This document shows positions 8,608 through 15,429 of a stretch of 43,424 bases of DNA, piece after piece. The DNA comes from a virus (Duplodnaviria > Caudoviricetes), in IMG/VR virus record IMGVR_UViG_3300020045_010099, positions 1-43,424 of that record. One strand, given 5' to 3'. The notes below the pieces were generated by a model. It worked only from the letters and a program-made list of their open reading frames with translations, was not told where the DNA came from and searched no databases. Every line of letters begins with the position of its first letter. Within the stretch, counting starts at the first letter, position 1. Made by a program: the position numbers and the translations under genes.

Positions 8608-9080
8608 ATCACCTCCATTTTATTAAGTTTTTTGGGACTGCAGAACAGCTTCTTACCGATCATCCTGAAATGATAAGTTTGTCTCATCAAGAATGTCACA
8701 TGTGTGCATTCAAACCATTTCATTTCGGGTGTTTTTAGCATTGGGATACTGCAGCACGTGGTTGTCAACATGCCGTTTGGCAAAGGGTAGCTGTACCAAA
8801 AGAATTTAGCGTTAATTTCAGGTTCCTCGGTGAAAGGCGGGTTGCATATGACGAAGTTTTCATGAAGACTTAAGGCTTTTCGCATTAATGCCAGCTTGTC
8901 TTCGACATCTTTCTTGGCGTCATCCAAAGTCGTGAAAGCTTTCACAAGGCCAAGCATTGCGCTGTCGTTGTCAAATGCTGCAACCAGTATGTTGTCTGAA
9001 TCGCTGTTTGTCATAACGAGGCTCCCTTTCAGCCCCCTTGGAAAAGGTATCTCCACTTCAAAGTCTTTTGCTGATTTCAT
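8604..9080 (-). CDS. Hypothetical protein
   Basis: 158 aa ORF with GGAG SD. Confidence 0.7.
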   Translation of the reverse strand: MKSAKDFEVEIPFPRGLKGSLVMTNSDSDNILVAAFDNDSAMLGLVKAFTTLDDAKKDVEDKLALMRKALSLHENFVICNPPFTEEPEINAKFFWYSYPLPNGMLTTTCCSIPMLKTPEMKWFECTHVTFLMRQTYHFRMIGKKLFCSPKKLNKMEVI

Positions 9081-9102
9081 GTCGTTTTCTCCGTTTTGCA
9101 GG

Positions 9103-9315
9103 TTAACTTACTTTAACAACCATCCCATCTACCAGTTCCGCACATGCATACCATTTGTGTGCTTGTGGGTAGTGCGGGCCTTCCAAAAAAATAGTCCCAG
9201 TATAACTGCTGAGATTGGGTCCTAGTCTTGGTTGGTAGCACAGAACTTGTTCTCCAGACGCAACTGCTTCCTTCAAAGCTTTCTTGGTTTTGAAGTTTAT
9301 CACTGTGTAGCTCAT
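9103..9315 (-). CDS. Small hypothetical phage protein
   Basis: NFKTKKALKEAV...LEGPHYP..HKWYA..L.DG.VVKV; AGGAGG SD before MSYTV. Confidence 0.75.
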   Translation of the reverse strand: MSYTVINFKTKKALKEAVASGEQVLCYQPRLGPNLSSYTGTIFLEGPHYPQAHKWYACAELVDGMVVKVS

Positions 9316-9326
9316 GACACCCTCCT

Positions 9327-9533
9327 TTAATGATTTTCGGCCATATTTCTGCAATACACATAAAACTCATTAGGCATTGGTATAGTCGGTCTAACGAGGC
9401 CCTGTCCAATTGCAATAAGTACTGGTTCCGACAGTCTCTCAAACAAACGCCTCAGCTCTTTTTCTACATCTCGTAAGTCTGCTTTTAAATCTGCTTTACG
9501 GTTGATTAAGTCATTAATGTCTGTGGCCATCAT
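9327..9533 (-). CDS. Hypothetical coiled-coil protein
   Basis: AAGGAGG SD; first gene after the 9591-9619 promoter. Confidence 0.7.
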   Translation of the reverse strand: MMATDINDLINRKADLKADLRDVEKELRRLFERLSEPVLIAIGQGLVRPTIPMPNEFYVYCRNMAENH

Positions 9534-9590
9534 TTGCGTTCCTCCTTGTTGGTTAATGTAATTTAGACTCTATTCAATCATGTATATTAT

Positions 9591-9619
9591 ATTATATCAC
9601 AAATTACACCAAATGTAAA
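9591..9619 (-). promoter_or_regulatory. sigma70-type promoter with extended -10
   Basis: TTTACA-17bp-(TG.)TATAAT. Confidence 0.7.
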
Positions 9620-9647
9620 CGCGCGAAGTACTTAAAACTTCAAATAG

Positions 9648-12065
9648 TTACATTTCAAAATCAGACAATATTGGGGGCATAACATATCTGGTATACTGTC
9701 CTTGCACCACAATTCCGTTCTCAATGGTCCCCTTAACATACTGCAACTGCTTCATTAAGTTTGTGGTATGCGTGTACCTTCCACACAGCCTCTTCAACAG
9801 GTGTTTTGTTTCTGCAGGTCTTAGCTGAACTTCGGGGTACCGCTGCTTTACCGTGCCTAAGATGTCATTCAGTTTATACAGGTGGGGGTTGTTCATTCCC
9901 TGGGAAGTGTCATACCTAACAATTTCTTTGTGTGACAACATTCCAAAGTCAAAAATTTCAGTGAATATTATTTCTACATTAGATTGAGCGCGGAAGTGCT
10001 CATTGTATTCATATTGCATGGCTATAACTTCTTTGGATAACTTCCAAGGATGCTTGCCTTTAGCCATATGTGCTTTACCGAGCTCAATGAAAGTTCTATA
10101 AAAGTGGTGCCAGTTTATACACTCCATTTTGGATGTATCAATATACCTGACATCAATCATCGCAAGCCGGCGATTGCTATCCTGTTCAAACGCAAGTGAT
10201 CGTTTATTGGTTGTGCCAGCCAATACCGCATTTTTATACTCTTTCCGCATGGTTTTTTCATAGATCGGTACATAGTCTATCACATCACTGGTTACATAGG
10301 TCTTGAACAGAGAGTCGTTTTTCTGATTGTAGAATATCTCAAATTCATCAGTGACAACCAGAGCAGACGTTACCAAAGAGGTACTAAAGTCCCGTATCGA
10401 CTTCGCTCCTCCAAGAGTCTCAGTCGAGTTGGTAACAAACTGTCTTCTTAGGCTCGGCGGAAACAGCATGGTGAAGAAGGTAGTTTTTCTGCAGTTCTCA
10501 GGGCCAGTCAAGACCAACATGAAACTTCGTTGAGAGTACAGCCGGTGCGGATTATAGATAGGCATCACCATCTCAAAGAAGAAGGTTTCAAAGTACTTGT
10601 CAATCAACGATTTTTCCTGGAGCGGATTGAATGTAATACATGACAGGAGGTACTCCAGCGTTGACTTACTTATATCCGTACCAGGTTCTTGCATGTCTTT
10701 GGGAAGTTCAGCAGGATCCGTTTCCAACCACAACTTCATCATGTTCATTGTTCTTGTGTTGCGGGACAGGAAGTGCTTTATAAGTGGAGAAATAGTGGAA
10801 TACGTTACATTTACATAGTGGTTGTTCTGAGCTATTTGCCAAGTTATGCCTTTTATATCTTCAATACCAAAAGGACCAACCATCCCAAAGAAGGTGTGTT
10901 TGTCCTCAAAGTCCATGAAGTAGCGGCTCAATGCATCTTCATCGGCAGTAACATAAATGCACCCATTGAATATGTCCCTGCAGAAGGACACAGAATAGTA
11001 GTGCATCAAGTACTCAAAGTTTTCATAAGAGTTTATGAGTGGTTTTCCCGTAGCATGCCCATCTTTATCAAAGGCTTCCTGAGGCCACTTAAACTTCAAG
11101 AGCCTAGCAAACTTGAACAATGTATGATATGTTATACCATCTAGCGACGCTGACAGGGATTCCCAATGTTTAATGACGTCTTCATCACTTTCATAAGCCT
11201 CTTTGTCTTCCTGAGACCATGACAAGATGGCTGTTAATACATCGTTCTGTTGGCCTGACATGGTTGCATAGTTATGTGAGGCCGACATAATCTTTATCCA
11301 AAAGTCATAATGAGAGTACGCTTGACCAACAACTGATTCATACGCTTTCTTTACACGGTCATTTTTATCCAGCTTACACAGCCTAAGGGCTTGTAAAAAC
11401 TGGGTATTAGAGGGTAGATCCACAGCTTGCTTTACTGGGGCAGAGGTGTGTGTATTTTGGTCTGCTTTTTTAATGCTGGTTTTATTACTGTACCAAGGAA
11501 GTAATTGGTCTTTCGTAATGCTGTTGATTGTACTGTTCGTGGATAGTGAGTTCCCGGTTATGGTCACATACCCTGAGGATATGTATAGCTCTCCACCTAT
11601 ACAGTGTTTATTCGACAGGTTCGTTCTTCCTGGAAGTCCTGATTTGTCTTCACAATACACTAGAATTCTTAGTCCACACTTGGATGGGGATAGTTCTGTG
11701 TACGTAGAAGTCGCTGCCAAAAAAGCCTTGAATTCGTTTGACATTATGTCTGGATTGAATTGGCGTTTTCCAGTCTTAGCTTCTTTATCATCTACGTCGA
11801 ACGCAACGAGGTTGTGTGCTACAGACATCTTAATTCCAGGATAACCGTCTAAACAAGCCTGCTCGAAGCTGACTCCGGGGCTGTTGTTCTGTACGGAGTA
11901 TCCCTTGTTTGAGCATGGGGGTTTAGAGTATGTCCCGTCTGTGTTTTGTCTGTAATAGTAAGCCAGCCAAATATTCTTTGTTAAAAGCTCTTTGGGAAAG
12001 TTTTGTTTTATTTGTTCAATGACTGTCAACTTATCAGGAAAGGAGTTTGCTACGTTGGTTGTCAT
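9648..12065 (-). CDS. Primase-polymerase (AEP, NrS-1-like) + PriCT-2 + VirE/VapE-like helicase
   Basis: AFDVDD, TYTELSPS.CGLRI, ELY.SSGYVTITGN; YDFWIKI...WS; MLVLTGPENCRKTTFF, VTDE, AGTTN...DSNRR. Confidence 0.85.
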   Translation of the reverse strand: MTTNVANSFPDKLTVIEQIKQNFPKELLTKNIWLAYYYRQNTDGTYSKPPCSNKGYSVQNNSPGVSFEQACLDGYPGIKMSVAHNLVAFDVDDKEAKTGKRQFNPDIMSNEFKAFLAATSTYTELSPSKCGLRILVYCEDKSGLPGRTNLSNKHCIGGELYISSGYVTITGNSLSTNSTINSITKDQLLPWYSNKTSIKKADQNTHTSAPVKQAVDLPSNTQFLQALRLCKLDKNDRVKKAYESVVGQAYSHYDFWIKIMSASHNYATMSGQQNDVLTAILSWSQEDKEAYESDEDVIKHWESLSASLDGITYHTLFKFARLLKFKWPQEAFDKDGHATGKPLINSYENFEYLMHYYSVSFCRDIFNGCIYVTADEDALSRYFMDFEDKHTFFGMVGPFGIEDIKGITWQIAQNNHYVNVTYSTISPLIKHFLSRNTRTMNMMKLWLETDPAELPKDMQEPGTDISKSTLEYLLSCITFNPLQEKSLIDKYFETFFFEMVMPIYNPHRLYSQRSFMLVLTGPENCRKTTFFTMLFPPSLRRQFVTNSTETLGGAKSIRDFSTSLVTSALVVTDEFEIFYNQKNDSLFKTYVTSDVIDYVPIYEKTMRKEYKNAVLAGTTNKRSLAFEQDSNRRLAMIDVRYIDTSKMECINWHHFYRTFIELGKAHMAKGKHPWKLSKEVIAMQYEYNEHFRAQSNVEIIFTEIFDFGMLSHKEIVRYDTSQGMNNPHLYKLNDILGTVKQRYPEVQLRPAETKHLLKRLCGRYTHTTNLMKQLQYVKGTIENGIVVQGQYTRYVMPPILSDFEM

Positions 12066-12261
12066 CTATGTCCCCGCTTGGTATCAAAGATATCCTGTTA
12101 TATTTAGTAACACCAGATAATATAAACCCTCTAAACATGTTCTGTATTGTAGCATAACTATAGTTCAATAACGGGGCAATTTCTTTAGCTGTATAGTGTG
12201 CCTTATACAGCTTAAGTACTAAGTCTTGTTCTACGGGGGTCATCCGTTTTTGCTCATACAT
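12034..12261 (-). CDS. Small HTH DNA-binding protein
   Basis: LKLYKAHYTAKEIAPLLNYSYATIQN HTH pattern; AAGGA SD. Confidence 0.7.
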   Translation of the reverse strand: MYEQKRMTPVEQDLVLKLYKAHYTAKEIAPLLNYSYATIQNMFRGFILSGVTKYNRISLIPSGDIDDNQRSKLLS

Positions 12262-12317
12262 GTTGGTCCTTTCTGCTATACTTGTTGTTGGTGATACTGC
12301 TTTTACTTGATGTTATA

Positions 12318-12346
12318 ATTGTAACATATTTTAACATAAATGTAAA
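12318..12346 (-). promoter_or_regulatory. sigma70-type promoter with extended -10
   Basis: TTTACA-17bp-(TG.)TACAAT upstream of the HTH-primase operon. Confidence 0.65.
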
Positions 12347-13050
12347 CGAATATTTTACCAGGCTCGTAAAATAATGCTGGACCAGCTTTTATATCGGAGG
12401 AAAAGAGAAGGGAGGACCAACATATATGAGTAGAAATTAGAGAGGAACTGGACGATACCAAAAGAAGAGAAAAGCCGGTAAAATGGTCAAATTTCAGAAA
12501 ATAAAATGACATTCGTCATGAAAAAGGCCTTTACTTGTGCAGTTTGATTCTTTACGTGTCTTCGAGGCTCGTCATAATGGAGCATGGTAAATGAGTGGGA
12601 TTCATTTAACGAAGACGGTTTAAAAAGCGGTCCAAAACATGGTAACGATAGTGTACGAAAATTCTCCATCTTGAACGCGCGTTCGACAAGGTCTAAAAAC
12701 GTAATAAATTCAATACGTTACGCTACATCTGTGGCGGGGGAAATTTAGTATGAAAAAGTGCCGTGATCATCTTAGGAGCTGGGCGACCCGGACGTTAAAA
12801 TATATAATAAAATCAATACGTTATGGGCTGGGTACCGGATCAAAAGATGGAAAATGGAAAACGAGGCCTTTTTTCAAACTTATTTTATAGAATATATATA
12901 TATCCTGTATTATTATATTCTATTTTATATAGAATTATATCATAATAATATTAAGCTAAAGTATTGAAATGATTACACTTTTTTATAAAATGACGGAACA
13001 ACTAGCGAGGCTGGTCATCTCCATGCCCGGTCATTTCCTTGGAAGAGTGG

Positions 13051-13245
13051 AAACCAAAGCATTTAAATGGATTAGAATTTGCATGTACATGCTTGGGGAT
13101 GTTATGCTGGATGTAAAGCATTAAGGCTGATGGGAAGTGAAGCATTAAAACCAAAGCATTTAAATGGATTAGAATTTGCATGTACATGCCGGGGAAGTGG
13201 CGCTGGATGTAAAGCATTAAGACTGGCGGAAACCAAAGCATTAAA
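13051..13245. repeat. Imperfect tandem repeat (97-bp period, 2 units plus partial)
   Basis: AAACCAAAGCATTTAAATGGATTAGAATTTGCATGTACATGC at 13051 and 13148; partial AAACCAAAGCATT at 13230. Confidence 0.9.
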
Positions 13246-13381
13246 TCCGGTTAGCTTTTTGGCTGGGAAGAATTGAGATGCGGTGCTGGGAACCCGGCCA
13301 GAGTTGACGGGTCCCCTTGGAAAAGGAAAAAAAAAGCGCTGGCCCCATTTCTGGAGTCAGCGCCTTTTCGGACTGGCTGGA

Positions 13382-13750
13382 TTATTCTTGGATTTCAGGA
13401 ATTTCCGGAATTTCCGTGGTGTCGAGAATTTCCGGGGCCCCAGGAATTTCCGTGGCCCCAGGAATTTCCGTGGCCTCTTCGATCAGGAATTTCCGGCCAT
13501 TCTGGTCGGTACAAATTTTGTAGCCATCAGACCGGAGGTAAGTTAACTGGCTGGACACGTTTTTCGTTGAAATTTCAAGGGCCTTGGCGATATCGATAAT
13601 TGATATCGTTTTGGACTTTTTCAAAAGTTCAAGGACTTGGAATTTCCGGTTGCTCGACTTGTCTGACTTTTCCAGTTGTTCCTGAAGGACGATGATCTTG
13701 GCTTCGAGCTCGTCAATTTTTTCCAGTAATTCTTTTTCAGTTTTTTTCAT
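13382..13750 (-). CDS. Coiled-coil + winged-HTH regulator with acidic EIP repeats
   Basis: QVLELLKK..TISIIDIAKALEISTKNVSSQLTYLRSDGYKI is an HTH_11/BirA-like wHTH; AGGAG SD. Confidence 0.85.
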   Translation of the reverse strand: MKKTEKELLEKIDELEAKIIVLQEQLEKSDKSSNRKFQVLELLKKSKTISIIDIAKALEISTKNVSSQLTYLRSDGYKICTDQNGRKFLIEEATEIPGATEIPGAPEILDTTEIPEIPEIQE

Positions 13751-13811
13751 GATGGTCTCCTTTTTTTTTTTTTTAACAGGTTAAATATCAATTTGTTCTA
13801 TATTATATATA

Positions 13812-13827
13812 TGCAGTTTTTGTGCCA
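13812..13827 (-). promoter_or_regulatory. sigma54 (-24/-12) promoter
   Basis: Minus strand TGGCACAAAAACTGCA = TGGCAC-N5-(C)TGCA, GG-N10-GC spacing exact. Confidence 0.65.
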
Positions 13828-13872
13828 CTTTTTAAATTTTTTAGAAATAATTTAAAAAATAATTGCTAATAA

Positions 13873-14101
13873 AATCAAGTACTTAGGCCTGTGTCTTATT
13901 AGTATTCATTATCAATAGACTCAAAAGTTCAAAATTTTGAACCACCTTTTTTCAAAAAGTGATAATATATAATAAAATCAAGGGCTTATGAAAAAACTCA
14001 AAGTTCAAAATTATGAACCCATTTTAAAATATATAATAAAATCAAGTAGTTAGAAGTTCAGAATTTTGAACCAAGAAAAAGCTAATAAAATCAAGGGGTT
14101 A
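13873..14101. promoter_or_regulatory. Four IHF-consensus sites alternating with three 16-bp palindromes
   Basis: WATCAANNNNTTR at 13873, 13976, 14040, 14089; GTTCARAATTWTGAAC at 13927, 14003, 14056. Confidence 0.7.
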
Positions 14102-14114
14102 TGATTCCTGGGTG

Positions 14115-14350
14115 GTGAATCCGATTCAGGGAATGGGATCCATCCCGAATAGTGAATCCGATTCAGGGAATGGGATCCATCCCGAATAGTGAATCCGATT
14201 CAGGGAATGGGATCCATCCCGAATAGTGAATCCGATTCAGGGAATGGGACCCATCCCGAATAGTGAATCCGATTCAGGGAATGGGATCCATCCCGAATAG
14301 TGAATCCGATTCAGGGAATGGGATCCATCCCGAATAGTGAATCCGATTCA
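14115..14350. repeat. 37-bp tandem array, 6 full units plus 14 nt
   Basis: GTGAATCCGATTCAGGGAATGGGATCCATCCCGAATA at 14115, 14152, 14189, 14226 (one T>C), 14263, 14300; partial at 14337. Confidence 0.97.
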
Positions 14351-14551
14351 TCAACCGAGTCTGGCTCGGCATCTGAGTCCCGCTCGACTAATGAATCTGA
14401 TTCAGCGGCCGAGGACCAGCCGAGGACCAGCTTGACGACTGAGTCCGGTCCAGCGGCCGAGGACCTGCTTGACGACTGAGTCCGGCTCATTGAGGCTGGC
14501 CGGGGGGCCCCCCAGCGGGCCTGATCATTACAATGATAAATACAACCCAAC

Positions 14552-14785
14552 AGGTCGCGGAGCATAGCGTGTGGTAAAAACAGCCCCCGGACTTTTCCTA
14601 TAAATACACAATCCAGCGTTACCAAACATAGGTCGCGAAGCATAGCGAGTAATAAAAACGGCTCCCGGACTTTTCCTATCAATACACAGTCCAGCCTTGC
14701 CAAATGCGGGCCACGGAACATATCGAGTAATAAAAAGGCCCCCGGCACTTCTCTTAATACCTTAAACCCAGCACTACCGAGCAAT
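14552..14785. repeat. 78-bp imperfect tandem repeat, 3 units
   Basis: Units at 14552, 14630, 14708; units 1 and 2 share 65/78 nt by hand alignment. Confidence 0.88.
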
Positions 14786-14818
14786 CCCAACAAATGCTGA
14801 GTCCAGCCAATATAGTTG

Positions 14819-14847
14819 TGTACAAAGGCGTTAAACTATGATATAAT
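14819..14847 (+). promoter_or_regulatory. sigma70-type promoter for the late arm
   Basis: TGTACA-17bp-(TG.)TATAAT upstream of the putative terS. Confidence 0.65.
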
Positions 14848-14890
14848 GAATTATGACTTAAAAGAACGATATATAGCGAAGAGGAGAGTT

Positions 14891-15418
14891 ATGCTGGATA
14901 CACAGGATATAAATTGGGAGATACTCAAATTCAAGCATGAAGTTCTAGGAGCTTCCCTGGAACAGATTGCTGGAGAAACAGGTATCTCTCTTTCATTGTT
15001 AAACCACTGTGCTAAAGCTTGGAAGCCTCTGAACTTAACCGGTCTCAAAGAAATTTCTTTGGAAGACGTACAGTCGTTTGATGAACTTATAGATAGACTG
15101 CGAGATAATACGTACTCCCAAACTGAGGCCTTTGAGCTCCTCAAAGAACGGTTTCTTACAACTGAATACATAGAGCTCGAAACTCTTATTGTTCACAAAG
15201 CAATTAGTATTGTTTCCTCACTAGTGCCTACTCATCAAGATAGTCCGCGCTATTTAAAATCAATGGCTGAAGTATTGACATCATTGAAAGTTAAGGCCGC
15301 TAGACAGCCTGAAGATGACGAAGGGACAAGAAGAATTACTAAGTGGGAAATCACCGTCGTTGACCCAAGCGGAAATTCTGTGCCGGACTTTTCGAATAAT
15401 CCGGAAGTGGAAGAATAG
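14891..15418 (+). CDS. Putative terminase small subunit
   Basis: Directly upstream of terL; N-terminal HTH-like ASLEQIAGETGISLSLL; GAGGAG SD before MLDTQD. Confidence 0.55.
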   Translation: MLDTQDINWEILKFKHEVLGASLEQIAGETGISLSLLNHCAKAWKPLNLTGLKEISLEDVQSFDELIDRLRDNTYSQTEAFELLKERFLTTEYIELETLIVHKAISIVSSLVPTHQDSPRYLKSMAEVLTSLKVKAARQPEDDEGTRRITKWEITVVDPSGNSVPDFSNNPEVEE

Positions 15419-15429
15419 GTCTCTTTGGT

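Noticed and set aside
12673-12684. GAAC-N4-GTTC LexA (Cheo) box
   Set aside because: Single occurrence, not overlapping a predicted promoter, and the P22-like virion suggests a diderm host where this motif is less expected
13002-13599. Several short overlapping ORFs over the 97-bp and 18-bp repeats
   Set aside because: Explained by repeat sequence and by the antisense of the wHTH gene; no SD or recognisable motifs
14115-14350. CRISPR or TIGR-like guide array
   Set aside because: Units are contiguous and essentially identical with no variable spacers; no cas or Nop-domain gene is recognisable
14311-14793. 160-aa ORF as a real gene
   Set aside because: It spans non-coding repeat families, has a TTG start without clear SD, and repeat-unit differences are mostly non-synonymous in this frame
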